DNA from: an uncultured Saprospiraceae bacterium
GTDB taxonomy: Bacteria > Bacteroidota > Bacteroidia > Chitinophagales > Saprospiraceae
NCBI GenBank assembly: GCA_937967615.1
Contig: CALCMJ010000149.1
Span: 1-23,386 of the forward strand
Direction: 5' to 3'
DNA: 23,386 nt
Shown here: piece by piece, positions 1-8,779 of the stretch
How the letters are laid out: each line of letters starts with the position of its first letter
Numbering within the stretch: position 1 is the first letter of the stretch
The notes under the pieces: generated by a model
The model's database searches: none
What the model saw: the letters and a program-made list of their open reading frames with translations, nothing else
What the model was told of the DNA's origin: nothing
Translations under genes and position numbers: made by a program

Positions 1-67
1 CAGATATGCTGGAATTTCCCTCTACATAGAGCAGATCGAAAACGAATTTTTGGTTTAAAAATTACAC

Positions 68-3000
68 ATGAAACGACCGTTACCTTTACACACGGCATTG
101 TCGTTTTGTATGGCTCTATTGTTGACAAATAGTAGCTTACAAGCTCAATGCGTTCTTACTCTAAACTGCCCAGGAGATACTACAATTCTCCTCGCACCTG
201 GACAATGCAGTTCCATTTATTCATACTTGATTGACACCTCTTCTGTAGACTGTGTAGTAACTACACTTGAACAAACAGATATGTCTGGTTTTACCTCAGG
301 TGATGCATTTCCAATAGGAATTACAGCGCAGTCCTACAGATACTTTGATGATACAGGTGTAGAGATGATTTGTGATTTTAATGTAGAGGTCGTCGCAAAT
401 ATTGACTCAGTCCTTACACTCACTTGTAATGACGAGGTAAATATTTCCGTCAATGGTTTTTGTGAAGTATATGTAACTCCAGATATGGTCTTAGAAGGTG
501 ACCACTACGGATGTATTCCAGAAGAAAATATAGTAATCAAGACGCTCAGCGGAACTATCGTTTCAAATCCTGTACGTCTGACAGCAGATAATCAAGCGAC
601 ATCCTATTACGTAGAAATAACACATCCTATTACAAACGTAAAATGCTGGACGCAAATAAACTTAGAAGATAAATCCATTCCTGAAATAGAATGTGATTGC
701 CCACCAGAAGAATGGATGAACGACCCAGATTGTAGAAAGCTATGTACAGACATACAAGATATAATTGATGGCACAATAGGCATTCCTACAACATATGACA
801 ACTGCAGACCTACACGTGCACTTTTAAATGATTTTGCAATTAATCCAGGAACACTTTGTGGAGAGCACATAGTGACACAATACTGGACAGTGCAATATCT
901 TGACGGCGATAGCACAATTGTAGGAAGTGTAAACTGCGAAAGCGAATACTACATTGACAGAAGTTTTATTACAGATATAGTTTGGCCTTTGGATACGATC
1001 ATAGATTGTACTCTTGCTGATGTTCCTAATATTACGCATCCTGATAGCACTGGCTACCCTACGCTGAATGGGGAAGATTTACATTCAGGAAATATGCCTG
1101 AAAACTTATACTGCAGCATTTCAGTCACATATACTGATCTTGAAATACCTACCTGTGGTGACGATTGCAAACGCACTAAAAAGATTATACGGACTTGGAC
1201 AAAACTTGACTGGTGTACGGCTGAAGTTTTTGAGCATGCACAAGTCATTAAAATATTAGATAATGAAGCTCCTGAAATTGAGATTGAAACTTTCCAAACA
1301 TTTTACACAGATGTGTATACATGCTTTGGAGATATCTGGTTTGACGACCCTATTTTAAGCGACAATTGCGATCCTAATCTGGACTGGTACATTCTAAGTT
1401 CAGACTCTGGAGGAATACTTGTGGATGAAGATGGCCTCAATATTTCAAACAAACCAAAGAAACATGCTATTAAGGTTCCTAAGGGAATGTGGACTTTTAG
1501 AATTGCGAGTGTAGACTGTTGTGGTAACATGGCAATCCAAAACGTGGAGGTAAATCTTGTGGATGCTACCCCTCCTGTTATTGTTGCACTGGAATATATA
1601 AATGTGAGTCTGTCTAATGACCCACTTGATCCAGAAGATATAGGTGGAGGAAAATTATTTACTAGCTCAGTAGATCAAGGAAGTTATGATAACTGTAGCG
1701 GTATCCACATGGAAATAAGAAGACACACAGATGCATGCGATATAGAAGGCAATACAACGTATAGTGATATCCTACCTGTACAATGCGATCCATGGTATGA
1801 CAATAATGATCCTGATGGTGGCCAATTTGTAAAATTTTGTTGTGAAGATTTAAATGCAGACGGCGATGGGGATGGAATTGTAGATGGGCTTGTAAAAGTC
1901 TGGGTACGTGTGTGGGATGATGCAAACATGGACGGATATTTTGGTTCTTCAAACTTTATAGATAATCCTGGAAATGATCACGACTATTGCGCAATGCTAG
2001 ACAACTACAATGAAGCATGGATCTGGGTCAAAGTAGAAGACAAATTAGGTCCACTTGTAGACTGTCCTGATGATATAACAATTCTTTGTGATGAAGACCC
2101 AACAGATTTGACAATTACTGGAGAAGCAATTGCTTATAGTGTCTGCGAAGATCTAGGCGTAAGCTATGAGGATGATGCTGAAGTACATTGTGGAGGTGGA
2201 ATTATATGGAGAAGATGGACTGCAGATGGTACAACAAATTCTTGCATACAAAAAATAACGGTAGAGCCTTCTCACCAATTTGTACTTGAGTGTCCTATTG
2301 ATCCAGAAACTATGGAAAATAAGGCCACTGTATATTGTGACAACTATGATATTCCTGAACCAAATTATACAATAGGTGCTTGTGACCTCGTAGGTATAAG
2401 TTCTTCATTGGATACGTTTTGGCTGGAAGATGATGCGTGTTATAAAGTAATCAAGGAATGGATATTCCTTGACTGGTGCACTGGGAATGCGGATACATGC
2501 AACTTTGTATTATACAAAGCTGATGAAAGCGCTCCTGAAATCGCTTGCCAAGACACTTGCATTGGGCTAGATGATTTTTGGGATTTAAATAATAATGGAA
2601 TTACTTGCGAATTAGCAAGCAACCCTGCTATATCCATATTAGCAACTGACAATGGAGATTGCTCTAGTGAGTGGTTAAAATGGGAAGTAGATGTTGATTA
2701 TTGGGGAGATGGTACTGTTGACAGAACCTATAGTTCAAACCTACACCCTACTGACCCTGACTACACTGCTCCTAGTTTGTCAGGAGAATATAAAGTACTA
2801 AACCTTGATAAAAATGATGTCAGTGCAGAATGGGCAAGACATATTTTGAAATGGAAGGTCAATGATGGATGTGGTAATTTCTCAAGTTGCACACAGGTTG
2901 TAGAAATTACTGACAAAAAAGCACCCACACCATATTGTGCCGCGTTGAGTATTGCTATCATGCAGGGCACAACGCCAACTGCTGTAATTTGGGCAGAAGA

Positions 3001-4516
3001 TTTTAATATTGGCTCCTTTGACAATTGTACAGACAAGATAGATCTATTATACACATTTGATAAGGTTCCTCCTGTAGAAGATAAACTAGATCAGATCCAT
3101 TGCTTTGACGAAACAGGAACTGAGGTCCCTTGTTCGCAATATGAAAATGGATATCCAATACAAAGATGGGATCCTGTGGCAGGATCTTCAGGGATAAAAC
3201 TAATAGGAACTACTTGGTGTGGAAAAAATACATTCACCATTTCTGTATGGGATGAAAAATTCAATACAGATTATTGTGAAACTACTTTACAAGTCAGCGG
3301 AGAGGCATGTATGGTTGTTGCTGGTTTAAACACTACTGTTGCAGGAAATATTGCCACAGAAACTGGAGACAGAGTTCCAAATGTAGAAGTACATTTGATG
3401 ACAACCGACCCTGACTATCCAAAAGATGAGATAACAAACACAGATGGTATCTATTCGTTCTATGACAATCCTGAATGGATGAACTATACTATTACTCCAG
3501 AAAAAGATGGCGATGATCTCAATGGAGTAAGCACACTGGATATCTTATATATTCAGAAACATATTTTGGGTCTGCAAGAATTATCTAGTCCTTATAAAAT
3601 GATAGCAGCAGATATAAATGCTGATGAAAAAATTACAGGGATTGATATTGTGGAATTACGGAAGTTGGTTCTGGGTGTTTATTCCGAATTACCGCAAACT
3701 GACAGTTGGGTTTTTGCTGAAAAAGCGGCAATAATGAACCCGGACAGTCCATGGCCTTTTGTCCAAGAAATTAATCTATATGGTCTGGATCAAAATTTTA
3801 TTAATGAAGACTTTATAGCAATTAAAGTAGGTGACGTCAATGAATCCGTAACAGCAAATTTAGCAAACCTAGAAACTGAAAATCGCAATGAAGAACCTGT
3901 TGATATACATTTGTCATTAGAAGACAATCAAATACAATTCAGAGCTGGAAGTAATTTTGACAATGTGCATGGTTTCCAGTTTGTTCTTAAAGGAGCAATT
4001 AATATAAAAGAAGTGATCCCTGCTGCATTACAAATAGGCTTACAACATTTTGCTAGCTCTAGAGATAGAATTGCATGTAGCTTTGATAGCAAAGAAATGA
4101 TCACAGTTTCTGAAGGAGACCTCCTTTTTAGTTTAAACATTCTTGCAATTAAAGATGAAATAGCTATTGAGAATAAATTAATTTCTCCTGAAGTATACCT
4201 TGGAAATTCTCTTGAAGTGAATTCTCTAAACCTTGTCCTTGACGAACTGGTACGTGTCTATTCAATAAAGAACAAGCCAAATCCATTTAACGAATCTACT
4301 GAGATAACATTTAGTCTACCAAGGGACGAAAAAGCGACTATACGTGTTTTTGATCTCGCTGGAAGAATGTTGTTTTCCCATGAAGAAGACTATACTAAAG
4401 GAACGCATTCTGTGCAAATAGACGCAAAACATCTAGGAGGAATAGCAGGCGTTTATTTTTACGAACTAAAAACAAAGACCTTTACCGAACTTAAACGCAT
4501 GATGCTTGTTGAGTAA
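68..4516 (+). CDS. Large T9SS-secreted surface/adhesin-like protein. It has HYR-like Cys-rich repeats, a CarboxypepD_reg-like beta-sandwich, a dockerin-like twin repeat and a type-A T9SS C-terminal sorting domain.
   Basis: 1482-aa ORF. N-terminal signal peptide MKRPLPLHTALSFCMALLLTNSSLQAQ. Repeated Cys-containing about-80-aa modules resemble HYR domains (e.g. CPGDTTILLAPGQCSS...FPIGITAQSYRYFDDTGVEMICDFNVEVV). The segment GNIATETGDRVPNVEVHLM...TDGIYSFY looks like a carboxypeptidase regulatory-like domain. The segment DLNGVSTLDILYIQKHILG...DINADEKITGIDIVELRKLVLG matches dockerin repeat spacing. The C-terminal about-80 aa (KPNPFNESTEITFSL...GVYFYELKT) resemble a T9SS CTD. Confidence 0.75.
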   Translation: MKRPLPLHTALSFCMALLLTNSSLQAQCVLTLNCPGDTTILLAPGQCSSIYSYLIDTSSVDCVVTTLEQTDMSGFTSGDAFPIGITAQSYRYFDDTGVEMICDFNVEVVANIDSVLTLTCNDEVNISVNGFCEVYVTPDMVLEGDHYGCIPEENIVIKTLSGTIVSNPVRLTADNQATSYYVEITHPITNVKCWTQINLEDKSIPEIECDCPPEEWMNDPDCRKLCTDIQDIIDGTIGIPTTYDNCRPTRALLNDFAINPGTLCGEHIVTQYWTVQYLDGDSTIVGSVNCESEYYIDRSFITDIVWPLDTIIDCTLADVPNITHPDSTGYPTLNGEDLHSGNMPENLYCSISVTYTDLEIPTCGDDCKRTKKIIRTWTKLDWCTAEVFEHAQVIKILDNEAPEIEIETFQTFYTDVYTCFGDIWFDDPILSDNCDPNLDWYILSSDSGGILVDEDGLNISNKPKKHAIKVPKGMWTFRIASVDCCGNMAIQNVEVNLVDATPPVIVALEYINVSLSNDPLDPEDIGGGKLFTSSVDQGSYDNCSGIHMEIRRHTDACDIEGNTTYSDILPVQCDPWYDNNDPDGGQFVKFCCEDLNADGDGDGIVDGLVKVWVRVWDDANMDGYFGSSNFIDNPGNDHDYCAMLDNYNEAWIWVKVEDKLGPLVDCPDDITILCDEDPTDLTITGEAIAYSVCEDLGVSYEDDAEVHCGGGIIWRRWTADGTTNSCIQKITVEPSHQFVLECPIDPETMENKATVYCDNYDIPEPNYTIGACDLVGISSSLDTFWLEDDACYKVIKEWIFLDWCTGNADTCNFVLYKADESAPEIACQDTCIGLDDFWDLNNNGITCELASNPAISILATDNGDCSSEWLKWEVDVDYWGDGTVDRTYSSNLHPTDPDYTAPSLSGEYKVLNLDKNDVSAEWARHILKWKVNDGCGNFSSCTQVVEITDKKAPTPYCAALSIAIMQGTTPTAVIWAEDFNIGSFDNCTDKIDLLYTFDKVPPVEDKLDQIHCFDETGTEVPCSQYENGYPIQRWDPVAGSSGIKLIGTTWCGKNTFTISVWDEKFNTDYCETTLQVSGEACMVVAGLNTTVAGNIATETGDRVPNVEVHLMTTDPDYPKDEITNTDGIYSFYDNPEWMNYTITPEKDGDDLNGVSTLDILYIQKHILGLQELSSPYKMIAADINADEKITGIDIVELRKLVLGVYSELPQTDSWVFAEKAAIMNPDSPWPFVQEINLYGLDQNFINEDFIAIKVGDVNESVTANLANLETENRNEEPVDIHLSLEDNQIQFRAGSNFDNVHGFQFVLKGAINIKEVIPAALQIGLQHFASSRDRIACSFDSKEMITVSEGDLLFSLNILAIKDEIAIENKLISPEVYLGNSLEVNSLNLVLDELVRVYSIKNKPNPFNESTEITFSLPRDEKATIRVFDLAGRMLFSHEEDYTKGTHSVQIDAKHLGGIAGVYFYELKTKTFTELKRMMLVE

Positions 4517-4519
4517 ATT

Positions 4520-5224
4520 ATGAAAGTAGCATTAGTAACTGGAGGAACAAAAGGTATTGGCTTAGCTGTAGCACAAGCACTCTTAAAAGATGGCTATCAC
4601 TTAGGTATTACAGCAAGTAGTCAAGCAAGTATTGACCAAGCGCAATCTGCTCTGGCAAATCTAGAAGACAAAGTGATATGTAAGTTGGTAGATGTAAGAG
4701 ATTATGCTGCACAACATGCCTTTGCGCAAGAATTACTTTCAAAATGGGGAAGCATTGATGTCTTAATCGCCAATGCCGGTGTGGGACACTTCGCCCCTAT
4801 TGATGAACTGAGTGCACAGCAATGGAATGATGTGATAGACATTAATTTAACTGGTGTGTTCAATAGTGTAAAATCATGTGTAGATGCATTAAAAGTATCT
4901 AAAGGCTATATTATCAGTATCGCAAGTCTTGCTGGAACCAATTTCTTTGAAAGAGGAGCAGCTTATAATGCAAGCAAGTTTGGCTTAGTAGGATTTTCGC
5001 AGGCGATCATGTTGGACCTTAGAAAATATGGCGTAAAAGTAACTACGATTATGCCTGGATCAGTATCTACCTATTTTAATAATCACACTCCTTCTGAAAA
5101 GGATGCTTGGAAAATACAACCTGAGGATATTGCTAGGCTGGTAACAGATCTCTTACACATGCCGGCACGTACACTTCCAAGTAAAATTGAGGTACGTCCT
5201 TCTATTCCTCCAAGTGCAAAATAA
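4520..5224 (+). CDS. Short-chain dehydrogenase/reductase (SDR) family oxidoreductase.
   Basis: TGGTKGIGLAVAQAL matches the TGxxxGxG Rossmann motif. NAGVG matches the NAG motif. YNASKFG is the YxxxK catalytic motif. Length is 234 aa. The gene starts 3 nt after the ORF1 stop. Confidence 0.85.
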   Translation: MKVALVTGGTKGIGLAVAQALLKDGYHLGITASSQASIDQAQSALANLEDKVICKLVDVRDYAAQHAFAQELLSKWGSIDVLIANAGVGHFAPIDELSAQQWNDVIDINLTGVFNSVKSCVDALKVSKGYIISIASLAGTNFFERGAAYNASKFGLVGFSQAIMLDLRKYGVKVTTIMPGSVSTYFNNHTPSEKDAWKIQPEDIARLVTDLLHMPARTLPSKIEVRPSIPPSAK

Positions 5225-5237
5225 AAGAAGTATAATT

Positions 5238-6251
5238 TTATACTTCATATTGCTCTAGGGCTTTTCTCAATTCAGACTTTATCCTTCTTCTTAACCGGGT
5301 TGGTTTCAAAATAGTCATGCCAGGCCCAAAACCCAGTATCAAACGTTCTATCTCATAATTATGATGAACACATAATGAGATTGTAATACTTCCATCTTCA
5401 TTTCTGGACAAAAGAGTTTGAGATGTATGAATGGGTTTTGTTATGACATATGGAGCGTTTGTCCTATCCACGTTCATGACTATTTCAATTAATTGCTTAT
5501 CAGCGAGCACCGTAGCTCCAAATGTGTTTTTATAGTAGCTATCTGCATCAAAACCTTCAATATCATACTCGATGCTAAGATCAAAATCAATCTGCTCTAT
5601 CCTATCCAGTGCAAGATTCATAATATTCCTTCCTTCTAATTTCTTACCAACCAGAAACCATCTATTATTAAATTCTTTAAGAATATAGCCAAGGAATACA
5701 AACTCATTTGGTTTTCGTGATTTGAATGAATTGTATTTGAGTTTTAATGCGACGCGTTTAAGAATCGCTTGGTATAGGGTATCCAAATGCTGAAGACCTT
5801 TTAGACCTTCGTTTTTCTCCATATGGATTATTGGTGTGAGTGATTTAGATTCTCTATGAATCTTGTCTTCTAATTTTTGGATCACTCCATTCAATTCAGA
5901 AAACAAGGAAAAATCTTTAAACTGACTCAGCATTTCCACAGACTCAGTTAAGATTTCCATATCTATACTGGTGATGGGAATATCAGTAATACTGTAATTC
6001 TCGTCTTCATAAGAATAGTATTTTCTACCATAAACAATGATGGGTGCATTATACCCTAGCTTATCACTGCGCATCACCTGAATGTCTAACTGGACAGTTC
6101 TTTTACTTACATAACTATCTTTACCTTCATATTCATACAGCGCATCAGAGCAAGATTGGATCAGATCATCGAGTGTCCATTTTCGCGATCTGTTCTGGAG
6201 ACACTTATCTATTGTTCTGTATCGTATGAGGGCGTTTTTATTTGTGGCCAT
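5238..6251 (-). CDS. WYL-domain transcriptional regulator (N-terminal wHTH, central WYL, C-terminal extension), divergent from rtcB.
   Basis: The central segment RWFLVGKKLEGRNIMNLALDRIEQI carries the W-[YF]-L ... LALDRI signature of WYL domains. N-terminal NKNALIRYRTIDKCLQNRSRKWTLDDLI resembles the wHTH of Bacteroidota WYL regulators; this is a from-memory family resemblance, not a search result. Length 337 aa is typical. Confidence 0.75.
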   Translation of the reverse strand: MATNKNALIRYRTIDKCLQNRSRKWTLDDLIQSCSDALYEYEGKDSYVSKRTVQLDIQVMRSDKLGYNAPIIVYGRKYYSYEDENYSITDIPITSIDMEILTESVEMLSQFKDFSLFSELNGVIQKLEDKIHRESKSLTPIIHMEKNEGLKGLQHLDTLYQAILKRVALKLKYNSFKSRKPNEFVFLGYILKEFNNRWFLVGKKLEGRNIMNLALDRIEQIDFDLSIEYDIEGFDADSYYKNTFGATVLADKQLIEIVMNVDRTNAPYVITKPIHTSQTLLSRNEDGSITISLCVHHNYEIERLILGFGPGMTILKPTRLRRRIKSELRKALEQYEV

Positions 6252-6286
6252 TGTAATTCGTTAATGAAAAACATAATTTTATAAAA

Positions 6287-6318
6287 CTACGCATATTAAT
6301 TGCGTAGTTGTATTTCAT
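6287..6318. promoter_or_regulatory. Palindromic operator-like site (CTACGCA-N7-TGCGTAG followed by TTGTATTTCAT) in the WYL/rtcB divergent intergenic region. It is a candidate WYL-regulator binding site and rtcB promoter region.
   Basis: Perfect 7-bp inverted repeat with a 7-nt AT spacer, 30-50 nt upstream of the rtcB ATG. A near-identical copy occurs at 9630-9662. Confidence 0.45.
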
Positions 6319-6339
6319 CTTTGAATAAAATTTAGAGAA

Positions 6340-7707
6340 ATGAAAATAACAGGTAAAGATTTAATAGCAATGGGATATCGTCAGGGCAAGTGGTTTAAGG
6401 AAACTTTGATTAAAGCCAATGCCCAAAGGTTGACCGGCGATGAATTAAAAGCATTCTTAGATGAAGCTGCTCCTACTATTATTGATCCCCATGATGAATC
6501 CGTGAGCTACCATCTCAACATTCGCGCTGAGAATGAAGAAGAGGAGGCCAATGTAGCTGCCGTGAAGAATAATATGATAGGCCTCATGAAAACACCAACA
6601 GTAATAAATGGTGCAGTTATGCCTGATGCATGTCCAACAGGTTCTAATGGACAAATTCCAGTAGGCGGTATTGTTGTGACCAAGGATGCTATCCACCCTT
6701 CTATGCACAGTGCTGATGTTTGTTGTTCTGTTATGATGACCTCATTTGGAATGGTGGACCCAAAGAAGGTATTGGACTGCGCGCAGGGCGTTACTCACTT
6801 TGGTGGTGGCGGTAGAGAAGATTTATTTGATTTCCCTACAGAGTTAGAGGATAAGATAAAGTCAAACTATTATTTAAAAAGTAAACGTTCGCTCAATCTT
6901 GCAAAAACGCATTTAGGAACTCAGGGGGATGGAAATCATTTCCTTTATGTAGGCCAATCTGAGGAAACCGGTGAGACAATCATGGTGACGCATCATGGAA
7001 GTAGAGGATTTGGTGCAAACCTTTATAAAAATGGGATGAAAACTGCAGAGAACTTCAGGAAAGAAATTTCTCCTAAAACGTTGAAAAACAATGCCTGGAT
7101 TCCATACTCGCACAGACAAGGCAAAGAATATTGGGAGGCATTACAGATTGTGAGAGCGTGGACAAAATTAAATCACGAAGTGATTCATCAAGCCACTTGT
7201 GAGAAGTTGCATATAGATCCGCATGATCGTTTTTGGAACGAACACAACTTTGTGTTCAAAGATGGCGACGAATTTTATCATGCTAAAGGTGCAACTCCAT
7301 TAGATGATAAATTTGTTCCTGATTCCAAAGATGGATTAAGACTGGTTCCTTTAAACATGAGCGAACCAATTCTTGTGGTGAAGGGTGAGACAACTGAGAA
7401 TAATCTTGGTTTTGCTCCACATGGTGCTGGGAGAGATATTAGTAGATCAGCCCATATCAGAAAAAATGTGGGTAGAACTATTACTGAGATCTTTATGGAA
7501 GAGACGCAGGGAATAGATGCAAGATTCTACTCAGGGCATATTGATATCTCTGAACTTCCTTCTGCATATAAAAATGCTCAAAACGTTCAGGATCAAATGA
7601 AAGAATTTGGTTTAGGCGAAGTTGTAGATAAGATTTTACCCTATGGATGTATAATGGCAGGTGATTGGCAAATAGATGCGCCTTGGAGAAATCGAAGAAA
7701 ACGTTAA
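6340..7707 (+). CDS. rtcB: RNA-splicing ligase RtcB (3'-phosphate/5'-OH RNA ligase) with an about-45-aa N-terminal extension. The extension resembles the C-terminal RNA-binding domain of CCA-adding enzymes.
   Basis: Alignable to E. coli RtcB by eye. AVMPDACPTGSNGQIPVGG corresponds to AVMPDVHLGKGSTIGSV. HLGTQGDGNHFLYV...THHGSRGFG corresponds to HLGTLGTGNHFIEI...LHSGSRGIG. APHGAGRDISRS corresponds to CSHGAGRVMSR. C-terminal SELPSAYKN corresponds to DEIPMAYKD. The N-terminal MKITGKDLIAMGYRQGKWFKETLIKANAQRLTGDELKAFL matches the ITGxDLIxxGxxPGxxxGxxL pattern of the C-terminal domain of tRNA nucleotidyltransferase. Confidence 0.85.
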   Translation: MKITGKDLIAMGYRQGKWFKETLIKANAQRLTGDELKAFLDEAAPTIIDPHDESVSYHLNIRAENEEEEANVAAVKNNMIGLMKTPTVINGAVMPDACPTGSNGQIPVGGIVVTKDAIHPSMHSADVCCSVMMTSFGMVDPKKVLDCAQGVTHFGGGGREDLFDFPTELEDKIKSNYYLKSKRSLNLAKTHLGTQGDGNHFLYVGQSEETGETIMVTHHGSRGFGANLYKNGMKTAENFRKEISPKTLKNNAWIPYSHRQGKEYWEALQIVRAWTKLNHEVIHQATCEKLHIDPHDRFWNEHNFVFKDGDEFYHAKGATPLDDKFVPDSKDGLRLVPLNMSEPILVVKGETTENNLGFAPHGAGRDISRSAHIRKNVGRTITEIFMEETQGIDARFYSGHIDISELPSAYKNAQNVQDQMKEFGLGEVVDKILPYGCIMAGDWQIDAPWRNRRKR

Positions 7708-7719
7708 CTTTGCATCATC

Positions 7720-7836
7720 ATGAGAAAAGTGATCATACATAGAATATTAGAAAAATTGACAAATCCAGATTTTACAGGATTTGAGCAACTGAGTATTCAG
7801 GAACGCTGTCAAGCTATGCATGTCATTTATTGAGTA
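7720..7836 (+). CDS. Possible small ORF (38 aa, MRKVIIHRILEKLTNPDFTGFEQLSIQERCQAMHVIY) directly downstream of rtcB. Hypothetical.
   Basis: An ATG lies 13 nt after the rtcB stop. The ORF is followed by a strong intrinsic terminator at 7862-7899. No recognisable motif. The ORF is below the ORF-track length cutoff. Confidence 0.2.
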
Positions 7837-7861
7837 GAATAAATCACTAAGAATATAGACT

Positions 7862-7899
7862 AAAAAGCGTTCAAATAATTTTGAACGCTTTTTTTTTTG
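7862..7899 (+). terminator. Rho-independent terminator ending the rtcB transcription unit.
   Basis: Perfect 10-bp stem AGCGTTCAAA / TTTGAACGCT with a TAAT loop, followed by a run of 9-10 T. Confidence 0.7.
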
Positions 7900-8141
7900 A
7901 TTAATTTTTTAACAAACTATGCGCTATAAATAAACGGACATAAAAACAACATTGAAGTATAAACAATTGGGAGACAGACTATTGAATTAATTCACATTTA
8001 GCTACGAAAATGGCATAGAATAGCTATTGCCTTATATTCACATAACTAATTGATAATCAATTAATTAAATCATATTTTTATTTTGTTTTTTATAAATTTA
8101 AAATATACATTTGCGTTCTCAATTAGAGAAAATAAACAGAT

Positions 8142-8291
8142 ATGACATTTAGAAATACACATACAAACAGATTAGAAGCTTTGAGCCTCCAAAGGCAGCT
8201 GCATGTTACTCCATTGGAACCAGGAGCTGATCTATGTATAGACCAAGTTTTGATAATTGGAAACAGAGAATATATATTCTATATGATGTAA
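8142..8291 (+). CDS. Possible small ORF (49 aa, MTFRNTHTNRLEALSLQRQLHVTPLEPGADLCIDQVLIIGNREYIFYMM), or an untranslated small RNA.
   Basis: The ORF follows an AT-rich promoter-like region and is closed by its own strong terminator at 8314-8353. No recognisable family. Confidence 0.2.
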   Translation: MTFRNTHTNRLEALSLQRQLHVTPLEPGADLCIDQVLIIGNREYIFYMM

Positions 8292-8313
8292 GAACTATTT
8301 CATACAGGATTTT

Positions 8314-8353
8314 AAAAAGCATCTCTCTGGTTCCAGAGAGATGCTTTTTTTTT
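8314..8353 (+). terminator. Rho-independent terminator immediately upstream of the tRNA array.
   Basis: 12-bp perfect stem GCATCTCTCTGG / CCAGAGAGATGC followed by 9 T. It is preceded by an A5 run, so it could also act on the opposite strand. Confidence 0.7.
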
Positions 8354-8362
8354 GGACATAAT

Positions 8363-8435
8363 AGTACTGTAACTCAATGGCTAGAGTACCCGACTGTCTC
8401 TCGGAAGGTTGCGAGTTCGAATCTCGTCAGTACTG
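8363..8435 (+). tRNA. tRNA-Asp (anticodon GTC), atypical: A1-U72 acceptor AGTACTG/CAGTACT, U at position 37, A10.
   Basis: Manual cloverleaf. Perfect 7-bp acceptor and perfect 4-bp D stem (ACTC/GAGT). Anticodon stem CCCGA/TCGGA with loop CTGTCTC. 5-bp T stem with TTCGAAT loop. Discriminator G73 and C38 are consistent with Asp identity. No encoded CCA. Confidence 0.6.
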
Positions 8436-8515
8436 CAACAAAGGCATAGACCAATAAACGCAATGCCTTATTTACAAAGAGAGTTAACAAAAGTGTTAGT
8501 TCTAAAGGAATAAAA

Positions 8516-8588
8516 GCTCCGTTCGTATAACTGGTTAGTACACCTGACTTTCTATTAGGTAATATGGGTTCGAGACCCATGCGGAGTA
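8516..8588 (+). tRNA. tRNA-Glu (anticodon TTC), atypical: G1.U72 and U7.G66 wobble pairs in the acceptor, U at position 37.
   Basis: Manual fold. Acceptor GCTCCGT/GCGGAGT. D stem GTAT/GTAC with GG in the loop. Anticodon stem CCTGA/TTAGG with loop CTTTCTA. T arm ATGGG-TTCGAGA-CCCAT. Discriminator A. Confidence 0.5.
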
Positions 8589-8599
8589 CTTTTTAATAT

Positions 8600-8671
8600 T
8601 GTCTTGTAGTATAATTGGTAGCACACAAGGATTTGACTCTTGTAGTCTAGGTTCGAATCCTAGCGAGACAA
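8600..8671 (+). tRNA. tRNA-Gln (anticodon TTG) with a U1-A72 first pair, as in enterobacterial tRNA-Gln.
   Basis: Acceptor TGTCTTG/CGAGACA. D loop AATTGGTA. Anticodon stem CAAGG/TCTTG with loop ATTTGAC (U33, A37). T arm CTAGG-TTCGAAT-CCTAG. Confidence 0.7.
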
Positions 8672-8693
8672 CATGTACATACAATATATAAAT

Positions 8694-8774
8694 GCGGGGA
8701 TGGTGGAATGGTTTACACAGCGGTTTTAGAAACCGTACTCTTTTGAGTTGAGAGTTCGAATCTCTCTCCCCGTA
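8694..8774 (+). tRNA. tRNA-Leu (anticodon TAG), class II with a long variable arm.
   Basis: Acceptor GCGGGGA/TCCCCGT. Anticodon stem GCGGT/ACCGT with loop TTTAGAA. The 13-nt variable arm ACTCTTTTGAGTT forms its own hairpin. T arm GAGAG-TTCGAAT-CTCTC. Discriminator A73, the major Leu identity element. Confidence 0.7.
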
Positions 8775-8779
8775 CGAAT

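Noticed and set aside
607-4140. Minus-strand ORFs of 60-105 aa inside the large T9SS protein gene: 607-915, 824-1039, 1054-1248, 1303-1530, 1662-1952, 1684-1929, 2440-2652, 2761-3054, 3928-4140. Also a plus-frame ORF at 1068-1259.
   Set aside because: They are fully embedded antisense or off-frame within a long, domain-rich, continuous ORF. Composition is low-complexity and there are no start-context signals. They are typical shadow ORFs.
5227-5246. Small AT hairpin GAAGTATA-ATTT-TATACTTC between the convergent SDR and WYL genes, considered as a terminator.
   Set aside because: The stem is only 8 bp and all-AT, and it overlaps the WYL stop codon. It is too weak to call.
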